Shown: piece by piece, positions 13,641 through 27,600 of the stretch
Numbering within the stretch: position 1 is the first letter of the stretch
Layout of the letters: every line of letters starts with the position of its first letter
DNA from: the human T2T-CHM13v2.0 reference genome, Homo sapiens
NCBI RefSeq assembly: GCF_009914755.1
Contig: NC_060945.1
Length of the DNA: 64,000 nt
Strand: one strand, 5' to 3'
Notes under the pieces: generated by a model
What the model was told of the DNA's origin: nothing
Databases searched by the model: none
What the model saw: the letters and a program-made list of their open reading frames with translations, nothing else
Position numbers and translations under genes: made by a program

Positions 13641-15230
13641 TGCGGAGCAGATTTAAAGCTGTTCTCATCAACCACTTCAACAGTCAGAACATGAGCAATG
13701 AGGGGGCCCTTTAATTTGAACAACCAGAGCACCTCAGTTAGGTAAATAAAAATCACAAATATTATTTTGGTGTTAGTGACAAAAGAATGTAGGAAAAAAA
13801 TATGTTTCAGTGGGAACTATGCATTTTCCAGAGGATACTCTCTCCAAATCATCTGGTTCTAGTATTTGACTGCCTTTGAGCTGATTTTCAACTATACCTT
13901 TTCTACATCCAGCACACCCTGCTGGGTTATCTGATACTAATTCTGTTTTTGAGCTACTTTACAACTCTGTATAAATATGCCCAATCTTTTCATTCTCTCT
14001 GTGCCCACTTATAATATCGAACTTCTTCCCTCACTGAATGAGTTAAATAAAATCTTTAATGCTTGTTCATTTTTATATCTGTATGAGTCATGACTTTATC
14101 TTTTATTTCTGAAAATCATCTTTAAACAAAATCTTTGACTTTTATGAAGTTACTTAGATCTGTATTTTTTTCAGATTAAATGACACAGAAATACGCAATA
14201 AAAGGACAACTTAAATACACTGAATGTATACCGTGTCTCAAACAAACCAGACCACTTAGAATTAAGAACTGCAGTTGTAAAATGCTGATGAAGGCCAGTA
14301 GCACTTAACTCAACTAAAACAGTGTGGCTGATTTTATTGGCTTAAGGTTTCGATATGAATTGGGTGCCCTGAGCTTCAGACTTGGATTTATTTACTGAAA
14401 TTAAGCCTGAAAACGTAATGAAAAAAGCTGGCTGTAATCACAAAGGACACATCACATCATGACAATTGCCACTCATAAATTATTCAAACTATGATTTAAT
14501 ATGCTACTAAATCGTTCGGCAGTATAAGTACTGGAAAGTAATACCTTTAGCACAATTTACTTTTAATATTTTATAGTTGTACTTCCAGAAATACAGGGGC
14601 CATTTCCACAAATAAAAGGCCAAATGTTTTTCGGCATACAATACTCTGTTACAATGCCTAATCTCAACAGAAACAGTCATCCTATTAAAAGTTATCTTTT
14701 AGTATAATATCTATTCATAATAAAAGATATTTGATGCATTGTGAAAATCTTCTCTTTAGTTTTTTAGGAGGTTATTTTGTTAGTAATTTCATAAATAAGG
14801 GGAAAAACATTTAAAGCCTTGTCTCAAGACATCTGATTGAATCTTTGGAAAGTCTTCCAAATTAGAAAAGATTTTATCAAATGACTGCATAGTGTTTTTT
14901 ATTTTTGTTTATATACTTTTAGTATTTTTCTTAGTCTGTTCAGACTAATAGAATAATGTAGATTGCATGGTTCCACAACACACATTTATTTATCACAGTT
15001 CTGGGGGCTGAAAAGTCCAAGATCAAGACAGTGGCAGATTCTGGATCTGGTGAGGGTTCCCTTTTTGTCTCTTAGATGGCGGTCTTCTCATTGTGTCCTC
15101 ACATTTTAAAAAAACAGAAAGTTCTCTGCACCGCCCTGTATAAGGGTACTAATCCCATTCATGAGGGCTCTATCCTAGTGATTTAATTACCTCCTAAAGG
15201 GTGCACATCCTAATACCACCACATTAGATA

Positions 15231-15979
<749 letters not shown>

Positions 15980-16874
15980 TCATATATTTCAACATGTAAA
16001 TTTTGGGAAAACACAAACGTTCAGTACATTACAGTATTCCTGAGGGTATGTGATTTATTCGGTAATTTATTTATTCATAATGATTCAGATAAAAATAATC
16101 TTGTTATTATCTCTTCAAAAGTCTTCTCCAACATTGCAGTGAAAATAATGTCACTATTGGTAATCATGTTTTGTTATGCTTTATTACTAAATTGAATGTT
16201 TCTTTGTTACCCATGGTACTGGCATTTTTTTCATGTTAATATGAGCTATTTACTGCTCATTGGGTTTTTCTTTGATAAATTGAATGAATTCAGTTGCTTT
16301 TCAAAATTCTGTAGACTGTGAGTTTTAAGCATTTTCACGAAATGTAAAAGTACAGCTACAAATTATTACTGCTTATTTGAATAACGTTAGTTTGCATTAT
16401 ATAGAAATGCTTAAATACTTCTACAAAATCAGTGTCTAATCATTAGCTTTCTGCTAACAGAAATAAATAGAACATGTGGAAACTTAAGGTCAAGTTCTTA
16501 AAATCCTAATACATATCTGATGGGTTAAAGATTTAAAGTTGAAGCAACAATATTTATTTACATAATAAACATAACTGAAGTTATAGTTTAGATTTTTATA
16601 CATTTTCTATGAAATATAATATAATAAACTTCATGTTTGTAAATATTATGAAATAAATTATACATATTACAATTTCTAGAAACACAATGAAATTATTTCC
16701 TATATATTTATGTATAATGATCCATACCTCCAATTTCTAGAAAATTAATTTAGAATAACTTTTTATTTCTTTCATTTTTCTCCAGTTTTGAAGACCCTGA
16801 AGTCTATGATGATATCTTTGTCTCTTTACCAATATTCAAAACAAAAATGGAGTTGACAAAACCCATTTATGGCT

Positions 16875-17254
16875 TACATTAGTCAACTCTAGCTGCCATA
16901 ACAAAATACCATAGACCAGGTGGCTTAAATAACAAAGACGTATTTTCTTACAGTCCTGAAGCCTGAAAGTCCAAGATCAAGGTGCCAGTATGGTCCTATT
17001 TTGGTGAAAGTTCTCTTCCTGGCTTGCAGATCATCATCATCTTACTGTGTCATCACATGCTATGGAGAGAAACAAAAAGGGGAAACACTCTGGTGTCTCA
17101 TATTAGGGCACTAATCCCATCATAAGGGCCTCACTCTCATGAAGCTCATCTAATCCTAATTACCTCTCAAAGGCTCTGTCTCCTTAGAATATTGCAGTGG
17201 TGATTAGGATGTTAACATGAATTTTAGGGGAACACTACCATTCAGTACATAACA
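16875..17254 (-). mobile_element. MLT1A/B MaLR LTR
   Basis: GCTGCCATAACAAAATACCATAGAC..AAGTCCAAGATCAAGGTGCC..ATTCAGTACATAACA. Confidence 0.85.
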
Positions 17255-18107
17255 GACCTCTAAAGCTTCAGGATCTCTTTCTGTATTTTAATGCCTTATA
17301 AAGGTAAAGAATTAGGAATAACCCATTAGTTTCAGGAGCTTACTTAATCTCAATCCTGTTTAAATCACTACTAAACATATCTTATACTTGATGGATCTAA
17401 GACCCTGCTTGTAATTATACAGCGTCCCTCCTTTTCTCCTGAGGACTCACTCTTATTTTGAGGAATCTCAACTTAAACTTTGTTTCAATTTGTCCTGATA
17501 ATTTTTATTCTTTACTTTTGATAACATATATATTTTCAAAACTAAAGACAACCTTCTATTTTACCCTTTAAATACAATTTAAAATGAGTACAATTTAAAC
17601 TTTGAAGAGAGATTTACACACATATTCCAAATTTTAAAATGTCAAAAATTATAACTTGTTACATTTTGAATATCAGAACTGGATCTTTGGGGGTTTTTTA
17701 AAATAAAATAAACATTGGTTACTGAAAGCAAAACTGTTGCTATAATTGAAAGTTGTTGAAGAAATAAAGGCTTCCATTCTTTTTCCTAAATAGGGCCTAT
17801 TTATTTTCATTTTGTCTTTTTAGAGCTGTGCTTGCAAATGGCAAGCAAAATGAAAGATTGAAGCAATTATCCACATCATTCAGATCAAATATGCTCTCAT
17901 TAAATAAGAGCAGATGGTGTGGATAAAAATTGTAGCTTAAAGGCTATGTTCCTCATATAAGGCACATGAAAATAGATTGTTTCTTCTGTGCATTTATTTT
18001 AGAAGTCTACACCTTCCCTTACAGACGAGTTTATTTAAAATGTTAAATGGAAGCATTAGTTATAACTTACATTTAATTAGTTTAAATTAATATGTTCATT
18101 AATTTAG

Positions 18108-18223
18108 ATTTTACTACCCTTTTGTAAACTTGGTGAGTGTAGTTTCTGTTATAATAAAAATAATAAGAATATAATAAAAATTTAAAAACTACACCCACCA
18201 AATTTACAAAAGGGTAGTAAAAT
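18108..18223. repeat. Inverted repeat: 38-bp arms (2 mismatches), 40-bp spacer
   Basis: ATTTTACTACCCTTTTGTAAACTTGGTGAGTGTAGTTT (18108-18145) against AAACTACACCCACCAAATTTACAAAAGGGTAGTAAAAT (18186-18223). Confidence 0.95.
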
Positions 18224-18264
18224 GAGTATATACTCTTACACCATTAATTAGAATATAAATGTTT

Positions 18265-18630
18265 TATCTGGGCTTCTGGCATCCGCTGCTGGAAGCTGCG
18301 AGTCCCTCAATGCCCTCCACCTTCCTCAGAAATATATAGATGCCTGGAAGAAGGATACACCAAGGCACCAATAGATGTCAGAGTTTATTGTTTCCAGAGT
18401 AACTGCAAACCACTTCCCCAAGAAAAAGTGCTCAGGTTAGATCCCAAGTGAAACAACAGTGAATAGGGGCAGGAGGCTCTGGTTTTTATTGTGGTTAGGT
18501 GCTGCAGCCGGGGTGGTTTTCCTGCCTGGCTTGCTTGCCAATCAGCTTCAGGTATGATGCCAAACGTCATGAGGTGTGGGGAAGGGCTTGAATGCTGTCA
18601 GAAGTCAAACATCAAAAATGGTGTCAGATT
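18265..18630 (-). mobile_element. Probable old ERV LTR fragment (unassigned)
   Basis: GC-richer block with TTTATTG (reverse AATAAA), TTTTATTGTGGTTAGG and terminal CATCAAAAATGGTGTCAGA, typical of old LTRs. Confidence 0.4.
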
Positions 18631-18631
18631 T

Positions 18632-18918
18632 GTTTTTTTTTTAATTTTAGATTTAGTGGATACATGTGCAAACTCGTTACATGGATATAGTGTGATGCTG
18701 AGGTTTGGGTTTCAGTTGAGCTCATCACCCAAATGGTGAAAATAGTATCAGATTCCTTTTAAACACTTGCTTCTCTCTCTCCCTGCCTGCCTTTCAAGTC
18801 TGCAGTGTCTGTTGCTCCTCCGTTTAGGTCCGTGTGTACCCAATGATTAGCTTCTACTTACCCATTTTTAAGAGAACATGCAGTATTTGGTTTTCTATTT
18901 CTGTTAATTCACTTAAGG
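18632..18918 (-). mobile_element. L1PA16/17-like 3' end
   Basis: GGATACATGTGCA..GTTACATGGATATAGTGTGATGCTGAGGTTTGGG..GAGAACATGCAGTATTTGGTTTTCT. Confidence 0.8.
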
Positions 18919-18929
18919 TTTCTGGGGGA

Positions 18930-19430
18930 CACTTTGGAGATAGACATCAAGAACTTGTGTAATGTTTACACTTTTTAGATATTCTTAATTTTGGAAATGA
19001 TTCTAATAAAATAATCGTAGACATTCACAAAGATATTCATACAGAAGTTTATTGTGATATTGTAATATTACATGACAGACTTGAAAAAAGTTTCAAATAT
19101 ATCAAATTATACAATTAAATATGAAAATAACATATTTTATATAAATTATTAGTTTACATGCTTAGTAAATTGAATACCATCCAAATATTTAACAATAAAT
19201 ATCTTATAAGGATACTTTTAACCAAAGACAGAGCTCAAATTACAATCATGAATTAAATGAGAATATAAAACTTTTTATGGAATATGACGTCCCTCTATGC
19301 AAATATATGCATATGTATTATTTTGGAAGGAAATGTACTATATTACTAGTGGTTATTCCACTTGGTTTGACTATGAATGCTTTTCATCTTCTATGTATTT
19401 AACATTATTTTCTAAATTAATAAATTATAA
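18930..19430 (+). mobile_element. L1ME-type remnant
   Basis: Degraded A-rich sequence resembling L1M 3' ORF2/UTR. Confidence 0.4.
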
Positions 19431-20239
19431 ATATTTATTACATACATAGAAGGAAATATTATTATTTTTTATTTTCAGAAATATATCAGAGAATATCTTT
19501 TGAATTAATCATAGTCTGATAATTTCTCATAGCATATTTGGGGAAAAATTTACAGTAATCCCAAAGATACCTGCTTATTAGAAATACGCATGTAGAGTGA
19601 GAGCCTTATTTAAGATTAGAATCAAAGTACATTTGAGACGATCTTCTTTTAATTTAAATTTAAAACTCAATGTTGGTTGCCTAAAAATTACTAGAGCATG
19701 ATTATATCAAGCTTCTAAGCTTCTGAATCGGAATTCCTTATTAAACAGAAAAATAGCTGACAATGTGAAAGTAACACTTGGAGGCTCTGCTGGAATAGTT
19801 CTTCCTCTTTAAAAAATTTAAACTGAAGAATGTAGTCAATAAAAAGTAAATGACTACTGAAAAATAAAATATGCAGTTTAAATTATGTGTTTCCTGAATG
19901 CTCAATTTCTAATTATTACTATGAGTCCTGGCACCAAGGTCCTGGTTTTTGCTTTATTATCTTGCTTAGTGTGTGTGCTCACCAGGACGTATCATTCTGA
20001 ATACAAGACACATGGGTTTTCTTTTCTTTCCTTTATTCCTTGCTTTCTCTCTCTATTTATTTCCTATTTTATGATAATGCTTTGCAGGAAAGATGATTTG
20101 TGAAGTGGTTGTAATCATTTTATAAACATATATAAGTTATAAAACCAAGATCATCTGGCAGCATAAAACAATTTTTAAAAACTGCACAGATTTTTGAAAC
20201 TTGCATTATCTTATCAGGATGGGTGTTCCCTGGACTAAT

Positions 20240-20400
20240 AGTTTAATTATATTGAGTCTCAATTTCCTCATATATAAGATGAGAGCTATATTTGTCATAC
20301 TTTTAGAAGTTTTGTGTATCACTTGACTGGTTGGGTTCTTAGCAATGTTTAGGACAATTATTAGGCATTTAAGTTATAATGAGTTATAAGTTACAATATA
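20240..20400 (+). mobile_element. MIR
   Basis: GAGTCTCAATTTCCTCATATATAAGATGAG matches the MIR core. Confidence 0.55.
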
Positions 20401-20414
20401 ATGGATTTTTATTT

Positions 20415-20505
20415 ATATAACAAATATTTGCTGAGAACCTATCTTATGTCAGGCTCTCTTCCAGTTCCCAGGGATGTAGCAGTGAAGAACACAGATGATG
20501 CCCAT
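20415..20505 (-). mobile_element. L2 3' end
   Basis: CAAATATTTGCTGAGAACCTATCTTATGTCAGGC...GATGTAGCAGTGAA. Confidence 0.65.
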
Positions 20506-21049
20506 TGACTGCACACACTATGCAAATACTTTAACATGTTATTAATATTATTATGCTATCATTAACATTATTAAGGTAGTTATGAGAGTAAGTAGAATAT
20601 TATCTTAGATGTTTAGGGAGTATTTCCTAGGTTCAGCTAGAACTCATTGATGTAATACATTTAAACTACTACTAAAAATATATGCCAAATGATTTCATAT
20701 ATTTGCATGAGATAAAATGAAATGACTTCTTTACAGCTCTCAAGAACATAATAATAACATTTTCCATTTCCTGATTCTCAGTGTAAACCTGTTAACTGGA
20801 ATTAAAAATGCATTGTGGTCTGAGAATTTTCTTAAAGAAGACATACTGAGTTCAATAAGTTTCCTTAGAGTAACTGCAATAGAGAGTTTTATAGCTGTAT
20901 TTCTCATGATGTGCTTGAAATAAATCAGTGGCACAATGGTAAAGGGTGTGTAAGATTGAGATAAATCTAGAAAGGCCCCTAAAAGTGGAAGTATATAACT
21001 ATCTCATCGACTCAATAGAGACACTCAAACCATCGGGATGTATGCTATA

Positions 21050-21325
21050 CTCCACTTGTGAACATGTTTTTGTTTTTTTTTTTAATTTGATGGCACACAA
21101 ATATAATTTCACATAAATATTTATATTCTCAGCTTTCTACAAAAAAAATTGGAAGATATGGCAACATTTAGCCTACACTGATGCACAACGACCACATCCA
21201 ATATATGAACAACTACTTTTCCCCTTAAATAATGCGTAAGTCCTCAAATTCACTTACTACCTACTGTTGTATGTTCTGTATTCCAGCCCAACCACAGTGG
21301 GTCTTGAAGTTTGAAGTCATTCACC
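21050..21325. mobile_element. MER102-like hAT-Charlie remnant
   Basis: TTGGAAGATATGGCAACA motif and terminal GAAGTTTGAAGTC. Confidence 0.4.
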
Positions 21326-21599
21326 ATATATAAGTATATACTTTTATATATGTAATGGAATGTTTTTGCTTTGTTTCATTCAAAAAACTTTCCTTAATGT
21401 TATTTCTTCAACTGTTGTAAGAGATGTATTTGGAGATTATATTTTCTACATATATATTTTTATATATGTAATATATAATATATATGATGATATAAATACA
21501 TAATGTATTTATGTAATCAAAATGAACCATATAAATTTATGGTCAGGTGTGCTGTTTGATATCATTTCTGGAAATCTGAAAAGAGTGCCTGAACTTAAT

Positions 21600-21860
21600 A
21601 TTGCTAACAAGGTATCTTTATTGGTTCTAACAATAGAGTAAAAAATGTAGACAATGCCAAAGTCTTCATGGAGTTTACATTCCAGCGACTAAGGCAGTAG
21701 ATAAGAAGAATAAATAAATTATATAATTTTAGATGAGAAATACAAAGACATTAAAGGAGAAAAAGAGGAAAGAGAATGAATAAATTTGGGTGCTGATTAT
21801 TTTAGAGTAGATCAGACAATTCCTCTATGAAGACACAGTATTTGAGGAGAGAGATGGTAG
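21600..21860 (-). mobile_element. L2 remnant
   Basis: TCTTCATGGAGTTTACATTCCAG and ATTTGAGGAGAG motifs. Confidence 0.5.
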
Positions 21861-22635
21861 GTTTTTATATTTATTATTAGTAATTTTATTCTGATGTACA
21901 CAGGAGACATTCCGAATCAGATTTCTAATTAATTAATTACATTACATTGAAAATAAGCATGCTGCATCCTAACCTCCTTGCTTCAGTCCTTTCCTCTTCA
22001 GATCATTCACTGAAAACTCAGAGAGGTTGGAAGCTGGTTTTCAAGTAGTGGTAGACTCCATAGGTGAAAGATGAGCAAAAATAATTTTCTCTGTGTATAA
22101 AATGGAAGAGGTAGCCGTCTCACTCCCTTCATGAAAGATTTCTTCTTTAGTCTAATCCTTAGTTATGTAAATAAAATATCTCCAGGAACCAAGTATCAGT
22201 ATAGGTCTTGGATTTTACAATCTAGAAGTGTCTCCAAGTACTTAAGTAGATAGCTCCCTAGATTCCCAGACACCTGTGGCTTAACCTAGAACCTAGTCCA
22301 GGCTGCAAACTCTTGACCCCCTCAGAGACATTACACTGTTTTTATTATCCATTTGGATTAGATAAAATCACTAGAAAAATTGCTACACAGCTAATCCTCA
22401 CGGTATGTGACAAGTCATAAGAGGCTTTCTCTCCTCTCTCTCTCTCTCTCCCCACATATATACAAGAACATTTAAAATTCAAGGAAGTTTCATTTCCCCA
22501 CAAAACATGAATACATGAGCATGCATGAGGAAATAAGCCACGTGGCAAATCTTGTGGGAGAAGGTCTTGAGCAGAATCTCCTTCTGGGCAGTTGGGGCCT
22601 GCATTAGAAGACTGAGTGCTTCAACCAAGTGACCC

Positions 22636-23041
22636 TGTATTAGACCATTCTTTCATTGCTGTAAAGAAATACCTGAGACTGGGAAATTTATAAGAAAAGA
22701 AGTTTAATTTGCTCAGGGTGCTGAAGACTGTACAGGAAGCATGGCAGCCTGTGCTCCTGGAGAGGACATAGGGAGCTGTTACTCATGGTGAAAGGTAAAG
22801 TGGGAGCAGGCACTTCACATGTTGAAAGCAGGGGCAGGAGAGATGGGAAATGCCCACACCTTTAAATGACCAGATCTCGTGAGAACTCACTATCATGAGG
22901 AGAGTACCAAGGGCATGGTACTGAACCATTCATGAGAAGTGCATCACCATGATTTAATCACCTTCCCTCAGGCCCCACCTCCAACACTGCAGAGTACAAT
23001 TCAACATGAGATTTGGGTGGAGACACAGATTCAAACCATCA
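22636..23041 (-). mobile_element. MSTA MaLR solo LTR
   Basis: TGTATTAGACCATTC...CAAACCATCA termini; perfect 5-bp TSD GACCC (22631-22635, 23042-23046). Confidence 0.92.
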
Positions 23042-23179
23042 GACCCTGAAACACGGTGATATTTTTATCTTTTCCTTAAGTTATTTTCTAATCTTGTCAT
23101 AATTAACTGTCTTAACCACAACCATTTATACCTTTTACTCAATAAATTAGCATGTGAGTTCTGTATTCAAGATCTTGGG

Positions 23180-23574
<395 letters not shown>

Positions 23575-23804
23575 CTATTTCATCTACATATTCATGGAGA
23601 GTAAAAAAAAAAAAACAAAAACAAAACAAAACAAAAAAAACTTTGTCTCTTCTTTATGGTACAGCAATTAAATAATAATATCTGTAAGTCATACCAAGTT
23701 AAATCAAAGAACATAATCAACCTGACAAACTCCTCTATAAACTTTCCTGGATCCTCCAAAAACTGGACAAACTTTCTCTTTGCATAAAGTCAAATCAGAC
23801 ACAG

Positions 23805-24265
23805 ATGGATGGAAGAGTGTCCCCTCTGCCCACCTCCAAAATTGGAGCTTAGCCTGGGAGGGTTCTTTGCTTCACTCAGGAAAGAATTTATGAGTGAGCT
23901 GTTGGTGGAAGAAAGCAGGTATACTGAAGCACTGGAATACACACACTGACTGCTCCTTGTAGAGCAGGGCAAATCCGTAGGTGGTGTGACCAGAGTAGCA
24001 GCATACAAGCTGTTGGCTAGCAGTGTTTACACTCATTTTTAATTATATGCAAATAAAGGAGCAAGTTATTCAGATATCTCTAGAAAAGAAGCAGTAACTT
24101 CTGGGTGTTGCTGTGGCATTTGTAAACTGTCATAGCATTGGTGGGAGCGTCTTACGTGCAGTGAAAGCAACTAGAGTTTGCCTTCCGTGCCATTTTGCTG
24201 GTTCGAGTTTCTTTTTTCCATTCTGTCGGGACCAGGATATAAGTCCTGCCAATCTCCTGCTCTGT
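23805..24265 (-). mobile_element. MER66-like ERV1 LTR
   Basis: GGGTTCTTTGCTTCACTCAGGAAAGAATT..GTAACTTCTGGGTGTTGC..GGCATTTGTAAACTGTCAT..AAGTCCTGCCAATCTCC; related to the element at 45.4 kb. Confidence 0.7.
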
Positions 24266-24287
24266 TTCCATTAGCTCTTTCCCATTC

Positions 24288-24605
<318 letters not shown>

Positions 24606-25049
24606 TAAATATTCTTCCTGCTTTTGTTCCAGCAGAATTGAATTCAGCCTCTTTCTCTTATTGAAATTGTTTTGAATCAAGTCTTCCTTGCCTGTTTCAC
24701 TTATCAGCTGCAATTTTCTTTGAAAAGCAAACAAAATGACAAATGCAGTTGCAAATATATTCTCAAAATCTGATTCAAATGGGCATGTTTTAAAGTATAT
24801 ATTAACCAAGGCACTTTCATGACCAGCCAGATATATTGGAAGCATGCAGTCTCCAGAAGCACAAGAAGGCCTTTGGCAAATCCTCAGGGTGCTTTTGTAG
24901 GAAGCTACTTTGCTCAGTGTTCTAAAGCATGATCTTATGGTGAAAAATGGTAAGAAGCAAATGCAGGTTGTTAGTTTGGAGGACCACTGGGATTTTGAAA
25001 AGATATTTACTTTATGTTTTGTAATGATCAAAATGTTAATACTGATAAT

Positions 25050-25375
25050 ATTAATAACAATAACAGCTAAAGTTTACCTGCACTAATTACATATAACCCT
25101 CACAACTTGTTGTGAAGAAATTTTTTTTTTAGATTTTTTTCTTGTTTTATTGTTATACTTTAAGTTCTGGGGTACATGTGCAGAACGTGCAGGTTTGTTA
25201 CATAGGTATACATGTGCCATGGTGGTTTGCTGCACCCATCAACCCGTGATCTACATTAGGTATTTCTCCTAATGCTATCCCTCCCCTACCCCCACCACCT
25301 GCCGACAAGCCCCAGTGTGATTTTTTAACTATTTTACTGATGTGGAAAGTGAAACTTAGGGAGATTAAAAGCAAA
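25050..25375 (-). mobile_element. MIR split by an L1PA
   Basis: TAACAGCTAA..CCTCACAAC before the L1; ATTTTACTGATGTGGAAAGTGAAACTTAGGGAGATTAA after it. Confidence 0.6.
25140..25318 (-). mobile_element. Very short L1PA7-like 3' end
   Basis: TTATACTTTAAGTTCTGGGGTACATGTGCAGAACGTGCAGG...; TSD GATTTTTT. Confidence 0.9.
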
Positions 25376-27384
25376 GCAATAATTTAAGTCGCTATTTCCA
25401 TAAAAACATGTTTCTGAGTTGGAGCATAGATCTTCCAGTAATACCCTCTGCTCTTTTATTTGTGAAATCACTTTCCAATAAGGTATTATGGACTATATTC
25501 AATAACACAACAACGTTGACCCAGATCAATTTCTGAAATTCAGTCAGGTGTATGACATTGGCTCAAAACTCCTTAGCAAGCCATGAACGAGCATGTGTGA
25601 TCATGAGTTACATAGTTTGTTTGATAAGGGAATTATAATTTCACAAGAACAACTGTTGCCTTCTACAAGCCAGCCTGCAGAAGATTCCTTGTGCACTTCA
25701 CAGAAGGTAGCTGGGTAAATGTACATTGTTCTAACTTTTTAAATTATAATTTTTCTCTTGGTTTCCTAAAGAATAATAAAAATGTTAAAAGCTAAAGCAC
25801 TTATTAGATGCTTAAAAATTAATAAAGAATGCATAGGTACAATTGAATTACTATATATTGCAAGATTATAAATATTCCTGGATTATAATATAAAATAGCA
25901 TTAATATCTGTATTTTACATAAGAGGAAATTAGGCGGCTGTGGTCACTTAGCTAATAGATGTAGGATTTAGGATCCAGATCCGTGTATATTTAATTTTAA
26001 TTTAATGCTTTACTTAATGCCACTACTGAAGGAAAGATTATTTGAAAAGTATAGAAAACAGTCCCGGCAATTGTTGGTGAATTAAATTTATAAGATGAAG
26101 GAAAAATATGGCATTGATCAAAAATTTTTTCTAAAAAGAATGGGAATACAGATGTCAGAGGGGAATCAAATTTTACCCAGCACTTTATGAAACTCCCATA
26201 GGCAAAAGTTTAAATAGACAAGAGATTTGATTCCACAATTCTAATACTTAGGGTTTAAAACACAGTATACAATATAGCTGTGAATAAAGATTTAGGAAAG
26301 TTCATGCATTTCAGTATAAATTGTGATGAACACCACCAAAAAAAATCTCCAAAATACAACAGAAAAAGGATGAGATCAACAAGAACCACTATTGTGCAAT
26401 GTATGCTTTCTTTCTCAAAATATAATGCTTTATTCAGAAGAGATACATTTTTTCCTACCATGTCGTATGAATATTTTCACAATCCTTAATAAATTTAAAG
26501 AAATATAAAAAATAAAAACTAGGAAATAATACAGCTTAAATTATGTCCTTTTGATTTTGAAAGTCTTTCCCCTTGAGCTATAGATTTTTAAACCTCGAAT
26601 AGAACAGATGCAAAATGTTATATTAAATATTAACTGTTTTATTCCAACCATTTTTTAATTCTTGGATTGCCATCTCTTTCTTTATGGAAATAAATATGTT
26701 TAAAATCTATTTTAAATATTGAAGTAACTTGCTTATAAACAACAGTAGAAACAAATTATTTTCTTCCTTCAATTCAGCATTTATGAATAAAATGTAAGGT
26801 TCGTAAACACTGTGAGTGCATGTGAAACGTTAGGGAATTTCACCAGCTTGTAGAAACAAATAAGTGATTGATCTAAGTGTCAAAAATAATCTGCAGCCGA
26901 AAAGATGTCAAAGTACTCTTCCCTTGACTGCATTTTCTTTCTCCAAGCTTACATTTAATAAGCTTCCAACAGAACGTAAAGAAGAGCCAAGAAAATCTGC
27001 AGTTTTTGTGTTCCTAAGCATTTGTAAGGGAAAAAGAAGAGGATTCAACTCAAAATCAAAAGTCTAATACTTACTCTGAAACTACCATCAAAGCATATGC
27101 TGAAATTATCTTCATATCTAATTATTTCAAGGCATTTATATTGGGAAAAAAGGAAAATAAATCAGATACACATCAAGGATTGTTCTGAATTCACATTTAC
27201 CAGAAGTATTTTAATAATGACCCTGACAACCAGCATGTATTGAACCAAAACTGAAACACAAACCAAAGTCATCCTTTTAAGCGTCAAACTAGAGTACCTT
27301 ATTGTGTGTGTATGTATATATAATTTATATTTATGTTATACAATATATTTTATATTTCTTGATACAATATACATCAATGACTGT

Positions 27385-27600
27385 AAACCTTCTGAATTCT
27401 GCGCAATTTTGCTAACTCAGTGGACATATGTCACTATATGGAGATATCTTTCATTGACACACCTTTGGGGGATAAGACACTATTGGTATCTGTTGGGCAG
27501 ATGCAAGGGATGCTTTTAAATATTCTAGGACAGGACAGCCACTGAAGATAAAATATTACCTTGTCCACAATGTCAATAATGCCACATTAGAAGATCCTGA
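27385..27600 (+). mobile_element. MER20 (hAT-Charlie)
   Basis: GGGATGCTTTTAAATATTCTAGGACAGGACAGCC..ACAATGTCAATAATGCC..TAGAAGATCCTG. Confidence 0.7.
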
